NCBI GenBank assembly: GCA_037142615.1
Contig: JBAXAI010000011.1
Coordinates: forward strand, 32,001-96,000
Direction: 5' to 3'
Length of the DNA: 64,000 nucleotides
From: Spirochaetales bacterium
Lineage (GTDB): Bacteria > Spirochaetota > Spirochaetia > JABEVK01
Below are positions 56,808 to 64,000 of the stretch, one piece after another. The stretch's first letter is position 1. Each line of letters starts with the position of its first letter. The notes under the pieces were generated by a model, which had not been told where the DNA came from, made no database searches, and was given only the letters and a program-made list of their open reading frames with translations. The translations under genes and the position numbers were made by a program.

Positions 56808-58247
56808 TTACTCCTGGTCGGGTGAAAGTGAGACTTGAAAGTCCGAACTCGTAACAGTGGCCCTCAGGAGGTACCCGCCCGCCGGCCCAGGCCGCAGGAT
56901 GTCGGTCAACCCCGTGCCTGAAGCATGGTGCGTGGCGGCCGAACTTCCAGTCCAAAGCAAAAGTTCGGTGCCAGGGGTTGCCCCCGTGGCCCTCAGGGAG
57001 AAACGGCCGGTCTGGAAGTCGCTCTCGAGGGTGACCACCCGCCCAGGCACCGCCCTGGGGTACGGCCGTGAAAGGATGGCCAACAGCGGCGTGTTGGGCC
57101 CCAGGGGCACGTTTCCGGGGCACTCGAGAACCTGCAGGTGCCCTTGAACACTCACGGCCCCGCGGCGAAACGCCGGGTCGTCTGGCACCGAGTGAGGGTC
57201 GCCGCACGACTGGCACCATTGCCACCAGGCGCCGCCCTGGGCCTTGGCGTCTTGGTCGGCCGCAAAACGCCTGGCGGCGTCGACGCTGGCCGCTTCGGCG
57301 TCCCACCAGCCGTACTCGCCCACCCACAGGCCGATTTTGAGGCCCATGGACACCTGAACGAACAGGTCGCTGCCCTGCTCGAGGGACAGACCTCCCTGCT
57401 GGATCGAGTCGAAGTAGTTGTGGGGGGCCGCCACGAGGTTGTCACCCGGATAGCCCCAGCGGGCCGGGTCGGGGACGCAGTAACCCCACTCGGGGTGGGC
57501 CGTGGCCAGAGCGGGCTCCAGGAACAGCAGGTGCCCAAAAGCAGCAACCGACTCGGCCTTGCGAAGGGCCAGCAGGGTTTCGCCCACGAGCCGCTGATAG
57601 AGGGGCTCGAAGGTTTCGAGCGGCTGCGACATCTCGGGCTCGTTGAGCAGGTCGTAGCCGGCCACCTCGCTGCGGCCCGCGAACCGCTGGGCCACAAAGG
57701 CCCACGCCTGGATGAACTCGTCGCGCAGCCCTTCGGTATTGTGGTAGAAGTTGTTCCAAGCTGTTTGTACCGCCTCGGAATCGTTTCGCTCGGTGCGGAT
57801 GCAGGTGCTCTTGCCCTCAGTGAGGCAGGCCCAGGCTGGGGCACCGTCCCAGCCCTTGGCGGGCTTGTAGCCCGGGGGACAGACCTCGCCTTCGGGGGTA
57901 AAAATGTACGCGCTGTAGGCGTCTTGATGCATGTCGATCAGGGTGTACATTCCGTGGCGGGCGGCCGAGCGCACGTAGCCATCAATGGCGTCGAGGTACG
58001 CGGTATCGAAGAAGCCCCGGCGAGGCTCCAGCAGCGACCAATGAACAATCAGCCGGATCACCGAGAAACCGCAGTCTGCCAAGGCAGCCCAGTCGTCTTC
58101 TTCAAGAGGCAAGGTAGGGGGCGTGTCGGCGAGGCCCTGCCAATATTCCCCGAGCGAGGTGATGTTGACGCCACGAAGAAGCACCTCACGGTCCAGGTCG
58201 TCTACGATGCGCAGGTCGGCCGACAGCGAGAGCGGGCGCAGCGTCAT
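56808..58247 (-). CDS. GH5 endoglycoceramidase-like hydrolase
   Basis: VLLRGVN, IDMHQD, GAPAWA, YDLLNEP, VGEYG, LSRPYPRAVPG. Confidence 0.88.
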   Translation of the reverse strand: MTLRPLSLSADLRIVDDLDREVLLRGVNITSLGEYWQGLADTPPTLPLEEDDWAALADCGFSVIRLIVHWSLLEPRRGFFDTAYLDAIDGYVRSAARHGMYTLIDMHQDAYSAYIFTPEGEVCPPGYKPAKGWDGAPAWACLTEGKSTCIRTERNDSEAVQTAWNNFYHNTEGLRDEFIQAWAFVAQRFAGRSEVAGYDLLNEPEMSQPLETFEPLYQRLVGETLLALRKAESVAAFGHLLFLEPALATAHPEWGYCVPDPARWGYPGDNLVAAPHNYFDSIQQGGLSLEQGSDLFVQVSMGLKIGLWVGEYGWWDAEAASVDAARRFAADQDAKAQGGAWWQWCQSCGDPHSVPDDPAFRRGAVSVQGHLQVLECPGNVPLGPNTPLLAILSRPYPRAVPGRVVTLESDFQTGRFSLRATGATPGTELLLWTGSSAATHHASGTGLTDILRPGPAGGYLLRATVTSSDFQVSLSPDQE

Positions 58248-60322
58248 GCCAGGGCCCTCCGCAAGGCCACTCCGGCAAACGAGGCAAACCCGTGGTTCAA
58301 ACTTGCCGACGTGTTCTTATGCTCCCAGAGGGTGCCGCTGCTCTCGGCCATCGGGCCAAAGAACGCCTCGACCTCGTCGATAAGCCTTTGGTGTTCACCC
58401 AGCTTGAGCAGCACTTCCAGACGCAAGTACAGGCCCATGAAGGCGTTGGCTGGCTCTACCCCGGCATGGACCCCGGCCGCCCGCTTCGGCCCCAGCTCGG
58501 TGAGGAGGCGCTCACGGAACTCCGACCACGCTGGCTGCTCCAGGTCGACCAACCCGAAAACACTGGCGTAGTACTGGCAGACCTCCGACACGTTGCCCGT
58601 GTTGACCAGGTTCCCCGCAGGGTCGCGGACGGCGTTGTCGGTGAAGAAGGTGCCGTTGTACGAGAGCCTGAGCACCACTTCGCGGATCTTACGGCAACGC
58701 TCCAAGAGCGCTGGCTGGTCGTACAGGTTGCCCAGGATTTCGAGTACCCGGGCGTACAGCATGTTGGTGGGGTAGTTGACGTCTTGAACCCAGTCGTTGG
58801 CCTTCGACCACTCGACGAAGTTCCAGCCGGGGAGCCGCTCCAGCAGGCCTTGGCCGTTGGCGTATTGTTCCAGGAGGCCCACCAGGTCAAGGCACAGCCG
58901 CTGGAACTCGCTTTTGTCCACGTCTGGGCACCGCACCAGGAACTGGTCGAGTTCGAGCACGTACCAAAGGCACCATTGCGGAATCCAGGCCGCGTCGCCG
59001 TGGTCGGCCGGGTAGCACATGGGCAGCGCTCCCGGTGGCAAGGCAGGGTTGCGCTCGTTCAGCACGAAGTTCTTCAGAAACACCCGCTCGACGTCGGACT
59101 TGCCGGTGAAGAAGAACTCGGCCTGCGCCAGGAAGTAGCTGTCGCACAGCCAACCGCCCCGCTCGCGCGACGGGCAGTCCATGTAGACGTCGAGGGTGTT
59201 CTGCCGCCAGGTTTCCTGCGCCGCTTGGTAGATGCCATCCAGCACCGGCCGTCCGCTGCCCAAGCTCTGGATCTCGAGCGGATAGATGTAGCTTCGAAGC
59301 CCCACGTGCGAGAGTTCCAACTCGCCCTCGAGCACCGACAGCAGCACGTAGCGGAACTCGTACACCTCGAAGGTTTCCAGGTGGTAGGGTTGAGCTTGGC
59401 CGGGAAGCCGGTAGTCGACCACGTTGACCATGTCGATGTGCTGGGGATCCACCACCCCGTCGACCAATTTCTCGTCCCAAGTCACCAGGAAGCGGCAAGA
59501 CTTCGCGGCCTTGACCTGGCACTGCAGGAACCCGGTGAAGTTGCGCCCCGCATCGAGAACCACGTAGTCCCCGGCCGAAAGGCGCTCCCCAGCAAGGGTG
59601 CGGGGTGGATTGCCAGACGGTGTGAACCGCTGCTGCTGGTTCACATAGGTGGGCGTAGCCTCGAGTTCGGCTTCCGGGAAGCCGCTGAGAATGTGGGACA
59701 CCCCCTGGATATAGCGGTTCTTCTTCGCGGGAACCGAAGGATCGAGCACAAAGGTACCGTCTGAGACAACGCGCTCCACCGTCGTCCGGGTGTAATCGGG
59801 CGGCGCCGTCCCCCGGGGCAGCCATTTTTGGGCCGGGCGCACCTGCAGCGTCGCCTCGACGGCAGGGCGCTCAAGGTCCCAGACCTCTGAAAAGGTCCGC
59901 TGGAAGCTGTAGCGCATCACTTTTTGCAGGCGCGCCAGGTTCCGCTTGCCGGTGAAATGTCGTCCCGTCCAGACCACCGGCTTGTCGTTCACCAAAACCT
60001 CGGCGCACAGGAACGAGCCCTGCTTGAGGGTGTAGAACGAAAGGCAGTGGTACCCTGCCACCTCGACCTGAAGACGGTTGGGTCCGGGTACGACGAGCCC
60101 CGAAAGGTCGAGCTGATCAACTCGGGCGTAGTCGTGCGGAGCGCGGGCGGGGCCGTAGGCCACAAAGGCGCCATTGAGCGTGAGCCGGTACAGCGAGGCG
60201 GCCGTAAGGGTCACAGCTACCGGCTGGTGGGCCTCGACCTCAAACTCGACGTCAAAGTTCGCCTGCACGTTCATCACCGAGCTCAGGCCATCGAGCCACA
60301 CCGGGAGGGCTTTCTTAAACAT
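58244..60322 (-). CDS. GH78 alpha-L-rhamnosidase-like hydrolase
   Basis: YGPARAP, MDCPSRERGGW, GTLWE, SLNHG. Confidence 0.85.
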   Translation of the reverse strand: MFKKALPVWLDGLSSVMNVQANFDVEFEVEAHQPVAVTLTAASLYRLTLNGAFVAYGPARAPHDYARVDQLDLSGLVVPGPNRLQVEVAGYHCLSFYTLKQGSFLCAEVLVNDKPVVWTGRHFTGKRNLARLQKVMRYSFQRTFSEVWDLERPAVEATLQVRPAQKWLPRGTAPPDYTRTTVERVVSDGTFVLDPSVPAKKNRYIQGVSHILSGFPEAELEATPTYVNQQQRFTPSGNPPRTLAGERLSAGDYVVLDAGRNFTGFLQCQVKAAKSCRFLVTWDEKLVDGVVDPQHIDMVNVVDYRLPGQAQPYHLETFEVYEFRYVLLSVLEGELELSHVGLRSYIYPLEIQSLGSGRPVLDGIYQAAQETWRQNTLDVYMDCPSRERGGWLCDSYFLAQAEFFFTGKSDVERVFLKNFVLNERNPALPPGALPMCYPADHGDAAWIPQWCLWYVLELDQFLVRCPDVDKSEFQRLCLDLVGLLEQYANGQGLLERLPGWNFVEWSKANDWVQDVNYPTNMLYARVLEILGNLYDQPALLERCRKIREVVLRLSYNGTFFTDNAVRDPAGNLVNTGNVSEVCQYYASVFGLVDLEQPAWSEFRERLLTELGPKRAAGVHAGVEPANAFMGLYLRLEVLLKLGEHQRLIDEVEAFFGPMAESSGTLWEHKNTSASLNHGFASFAGVALRRALA

Positions 60323-62261
60323 GGTTCACCTCGAGCAGCAGGGGAGTTCGCGCCGGTACGTGGAGCCTGACAAGCCCGCTGGACACGTGGACCGTGGGCG
60401 CAGCGACGTTTCCACCCAGCGCCCTCACCTTCAGGTCCTTGTCGCGCCAGGTTGGCGGCAAAAGGCGTTCCAGGTCGGTGTCGAGGGTCGAGTACACGTA
60501 GATGCGATCGGGAAACGGAAGAAACCGCGTGGTCAGGTCGGCGATCAGCGTTTGGTTGCACAGAACAAGAAGCGCCTCAGGGCCCAGCGAGCCCCGGGCC
60601 GAAACGCCGTCGGAATAGCGGGCCAGGGCCCACGACTTGCGGTCACTGCGGAACTCCAGCAGGTCGTACTGCAGCAGGAACCGGTAAAGCATGCTATCGA
60701 GGGCAATCTGGTCGACGAGTTCGTTCGACAAGCCTGCCAGGTGGTCGCCGCGGTAGTCGGTATTGAGCGCTGAGCCCGCCGCCGAAGCCAGGGGGTTGTG
60801 CCCGCGAGCGCCACCGTACACCCGGTTGTGGTACAAGACCGGCAACAGGTCACCGTGATGCCATAAACCGCTGTACACGCCCGCCATTTCAAAGCCAACT
60901 CCGTTGAGGCTTTCGGTGGTGACGTCGAGGCCCTTGGCTTTCAGAAAGGCCAGAATGGGCAGAACGCCGCAGAACAGTTCCTCGGCCTCACCGATGAAGC
61001 CGTCGGGTTCCCAGCTGAAGTTCCTCGTCCGAAACGCGTCCAGGTGCACCGTCTCGGTGATCGGGAACAGTTCGAGCATCGACTCCAGCCGACGGAAAAC
61101 GCTGCCCGACTCGACGTCTTTGGTGTGGCTCAGGTGGTAGCACTGCACGCCGTTGAAAACCTCCCAGGGCATGGGCGAACCGTCGAGGTCGAGGCTCATC
61201 AGGGCCGGGTCCCACAAGGGATGCAGGGGATAGGCGTCGTCGAGGTTGGCGTGAAGGCTGACGTTGCAGCGGTAGAGCTTCTTGGCCTCGGCGATCAGGT
61301 GCAGCAGGTCGTCGCGGGTTCCGAGGGCGGGGTTGAGCCGGTCGAGCGCCGGGTAGCCGGTGTCATGGCCGTCGTACTGCCAGCCGGTCAGGTACATGAC
61401 CTGGGGGCAGCCACCCGAGACTTCCCAGACGCGGCGGGCGAGGGACAGACACTGGGCAAAGGTGGTGTCGGCCCTTCCAGGCGAAGCGCAGAAGACCTTG
61501 TACCAGATTGCTTCGCGGTACAGGGGCAAGGGTTGCGGCAGGCGGGCCCGGAGCGCCAGTTGGTACTCGTTCTCATCGGCCTTGCCGTCGCCGTTGAGGT
61601 CCTCGGCAAACACCACTTCGGCCCGAAACAGGTCGGTCGTCTTGTCGCGCACCCGATATTGCCACGGGTTGAGCCCCAGCTCAAAAAACGAGCTGCGGCC
61701 CGGCACGGCCGAATCGGAACCCAGGCGAGACCAGAGGGGAAGCAGGGGCCAATTGGAGTGGACGAAGCAGCACAAGTCACCGGCAAAGCCACAGGCATGC
61801 ACCGAGCTTTCGGGTCCCGTGTCGGGCCAGCCCGAGTCGGCCCGCCCCTGCTCGTGGGTAACGTCGCGCAAGCCCCTGCCAATCGGGTTGTCCCAGGCGC
61901 GCTGCGTTTGGCGGTCGCGGAAGTACGACCAGGTTCGGTCGAACACGACGAAGGCGCCTTTCCAGCCCAAGGTGCGCACCTTCTGGGCTCCCTCGGTGAG
62001 GTGTTCCAGTTGGTAGAGCAGCGAGGCTTCCAGCAGCGAGAACCGGAACCGCAGCAGCAGGCCGTCGGGGCCCAGCAGTTCGTAGACCACCGCGTCCGCC
62101 TGCGGCAGGGCTGTGCAAGCTTTCCAGGTGACCTCGAGGCCGTTCACGAGCAGGCCTTCGACGGCGCACCCCAGGGTTCGCCCTGTCGGCTTGTGAACGT
62201 AGGAAACCGGTGCCGCAAACGCGCCGAACTCAACTCGAAGAACTTCGTTTTCCAGGATCAT
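60315..62261 (-). CDS. GH101-like (endo-alpha-N-acetylgalactosaminidase family) hydrolase
   Basis: YLTGWQYDGHDTGYP, SLHANLDDAY, HLDAF, VTTE. Confidence 0.7.
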   Translation of the reverse strand: MILENEVLRVEFGAFAAPVSYVHKPTGRTLGCAVEGLLVNGLEVTWKACTALPQADAVVYELLGPDGLLLRFRFSLLEASLLYQLEHLTEGAQKVRTLGWKGAFVVFDRTWSYFRDRQTQRAWDNPIGRGLRDVTHEQGRADSGWPDTGPESSVHACGFAGDLCCFVHSNWPLLPLWSRLGSDSAVPGRSSFFELGLNPWQYRVRDKTTDLFRAEVVFAEDLNGDGKADENEYQLALRARLPQPLPLYREAIWYKVFCASPGRADTTFAQCLSLARRVWEVSGGCPQVMYLTGWQYDGHDTGYPALDRLNPALGTRDDLLHLIAEAKKLYRCNVSLHANLDDAYPLHPLWDPALMSLDLDGSPMPWEVFNGVQCYHLSHTKDVESGSVFRRLESMLELFPITETVHLDAFRTRNFSWEPDGFIGEAEELFCGVLPILAFLKAKGLDVTTESLNGVGFEMAGVYSGLWHHGDLLPVLYHNRVYGGARGHNPLASAAGSALNTDYRGDHLAGLSNELVDQIALDSMLYRFLLQYDLLEFRSDRKSWALARYSDGVSARGSLGPEALLVLCNQTLIADLTTRFLPFPDRIYVYSTLDTDLERLLPPTWRDKDLKVRALGGNVAAPTVHVSSGLVRLHVPARTPLLLEVNHV

Positions 62262-63640
62262 TTTTTTACCCTCGCTGTCAGTTGAGCCGTGTGACCAAGC
62301 GGCAGGCGAACCTCGGCCCAGGTGACGGCACGGCCGTCCCAGCGCCGCTCCGCCGTCGTTTCGAGTTTGCGGCCGTCGCAGAGAACCTCGAGGTTCTCGC
62401 CCCAGAACCCGGCCTGCCAGCGGAGGTCTGTCCCCACCAGGTTGGTGAGGCAGCTCTTGCTCCCCCCTGGGGACTGGGTGTGCTCGAGCTGGATTTCGCC
62501 GTCAAACACCGGCAGGTGGTCCAAGGCGGCGCGATGGAGGCCCGTGGGAAGCTGGGCCAAGGTGCGGACCGTCCGTTGGTAGGCCACGGGCTGTACGCCC
62601 ATCAGGCCCGAGGCCACGGCGCCCACCACAGAAAAACCGACTTCGGGGTACTCGCGTCGTCCCAAGCCCGGATCGGTGAGCTTCAACAGGTACTCCCGGG
62701 CTTTGTCGGGCCTGCCGTAGGCGTAGAACACCTCGGGAATGTAGGCCAGCGTTTCGACTTGCGGGTCTGTCGCTCCCAGGAGTTCCAGATGCCGGGCGAT
62801 CCGTTCGGGGTTGGCGAGCAACCGGTAGTACAGCGGCAGGTGACCCGGGTTGCTCCCCTCGGAATACTGGAACCGGCCGTCACGCAGCAGCACGTTGAAG
62901 AAGCGCTGCTGGGCAGGGTCCCACCAGCCGTTCTCGAACCTCTGCCGCAGTTCGGTGGCCCGGGCCTGAAACACGGCAGTACGGTTCCGGTTGTACTTCT
63001 CGCGATGAAGATGGCCGTAAGCCTCGTAGGCGGCCGCCTGCGTTGCCAAGAGGTCGCTGAGCATCAGCGCATCGTCGAGCCCCGGGCCCTCGTCGTACGA
63101 GGCCAGGCCCCGGCGACTGCCCGGTTGCTGCCGCTCGGGCACACCGTCGCCGTTGCGATCCCAGGTCTCGACGTACTGGTTCACCGTCCAGTCGTAGAAC
63201 CGGTTGAAGTCGGCATCGTGAAGGTAGTCCGGCTCGTCGGTCCAAAGGTACATGCGCCAGCACGCGTCGAGCACGTCGAAGTTGGCCGGCAGGTTGTACC
63301 AGAAGTCACTGTCGTCGGTGTAGTCGATGGGGGCGGGCTTGCCATCGCCGTTGATTTCCCAGTAGCCGCAGTAGTCGCGCGAAGGCTGAACGCTGCGGGC
63401 AAACTGACCAAGCATGTTGAGGTTGTGCCGGGCCAAACCCAGAACTTGCGCGCCGGTGGCCTGATGCGCGACGTCGCGCATGCAAAAGGCGTTGCGTCCG
63501 GGGAGAGCGGCTTCGTACCAGTCGCCCGCGGGGGTGCCTTCGTTAACATACGAGAGTGCCATGGCCTTGGCCCAGTAAAAACCGCGCTCGAGTCGAAGAT
63601 CATCGCAACTGAACTCGACTTTTCCCTTTGCTGGTTTCAT
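62258..63640 (-). CDS. Six-hairpin (alpha/alpha)6 glycosidase-like protein of unknown family
   Basis: WYEAALPGRNAFCMRDVAHQ, ASYDE, RREYPEV; first gene of the glycosidase operon. Confidence 0.62.
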   Translation of the reverse strand: MKPAKGKVEFSCDDLRLERGFYWAKAMALSYVNEGTPAGDWYEAALPGRNAFCMRDVAHQATGAQVLGLARHNLNMLGQFARSVQPSRDYCGYWEINGDGKPAPIDYTDDSDFWYNLPANFDVLDACWRMYLWTDEPDYLHDADFNRFYDWTVNQYVETWDRNGDGVPERQQPGSRRGLASYDEGPGLDDALMLSDLLATQAAAYEAYGHLHREKYNRNRTAVFQARATELRQRFENGWWDPAQQRFFNVLLRDGRFQYSEGSNPGHLPLYYRLLANPERIARHLELLGATDPQVETLAYIPEVFYAYGRPDKAREYLLKLTDPGLGRREYPEVGFSVVGAVASGLMGVQPVAYQRTVRTLAQLPTGLHRAALDHLPVFDGEIQLEHTQSPGGSKSCLTNLVGTDLRWQAGFWGENLEVLCDGRKLETTAERRWDGRAVTWAEVRLPLGHTAQLTARVKK

Positions 63641-63815
63641 GTACCCTCCCGGAGTAGACTCAACTGACTATACCAGCGGACCCGGAAGTCACGGTGGTAA
63701 GGTTGTGGGATGGAATGGTGTAAATGTTGGTCTGGCCGGAAAAACAATTGGGAGTTGCTTGCTGAGTTTGCCGGGAGTGCGTAAGAGTTAGGAGAACCAC
63801 CCGGGAGGAGCCCTG

Positions 63816-64000
63816 TTGAGACTATTTTACCAGCAGCCCGCACAAAAATGGGAGCAGGCACTCCCTTTGGGCAACGGACGCCTCGGGGCCATGGTCTACG
63901 GCGGAACAAGCAAAGAACTCATTATGCTCAATGAAGATACACTTTGGTCTGGCTTCCCCCGCGACGTGCAGAATCCGACAGCGCTCTCGCACCTGCCCCG
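63816..64000 (+). CDS. GH95 alpha-L-fucosidase, N-terminal part (runs off the window; not in the ORF track)
   Basis: TTG after GGAGGAG; LFYQQPAQKWEQALPLGNGRLGAMVYGG...LNEDTLWSG. Confidence 0.9.
   Translation, partial: MRLFYQQPAQKWEQALPLGNGRLGAMVYGGTSKELIMLNEDTLWSGFPRDVQNPTALSHLP

Noticed and set aside
54192-56825. 877 aa plus-strand ORF, and other long antisense ORFs such as 23403-25349, 26557-28473 and 45750-47381
   Set aside because: Shadow frames opposite well-supported genes, expected with high-GC codon bias; no motifs.

Overview
High-GC bacterial DNA, probably from a free-living spirochaete. That assignment is an inference from the spirochaete-style lipoproteins and an Ig-like/OmpA lipoprotein. 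I saw no rRNA, tRNA, CRISPR array or transposase. The window has four blocks. (1) 1-14.9 kb: a redox/sulfur accessory region with a sigma54-driven Fe-S membrane protein, a ferritin-like protein and psiE. It contains a diverged direct duplication of a cassette of MFS transporter, exported rhodanese, large lipoprotein and OmpR-type two-component system. The second copy carries nine clean 85-175 bp deletions, at least six at visible microhomologies, and its MFS is fused in frame to a DsrE-like fragment. (2) 15.0-34.2 kb: an Mrp/Mbx (MBS, sulfane-reductase-like) ion-translocating operon. It has a fused double MrpD subunit, a NuoI-GltD fusion, co-operonic NfnAB and an ArsR repressor, and it lacks the cysteines expected at the MBS catalytic site. 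A Crp - DUF2892 - AhpD-like - sulfide:quinone oxidoreductase cluster follows. (3) 34.2-47.3 kb: ribokinase, a multi-kinase/HD-GYP signalling cluster, an OmpA lipoprotein with a two-component system, an esterase and an RluA-family enzyme. (4) 47.4-64 kb: an AraC-associated glycan utilisation locus with an ABC sugar transporter and seven glycoside hydrolases. All assignments come from motif recognition by eye; no database searches were run.
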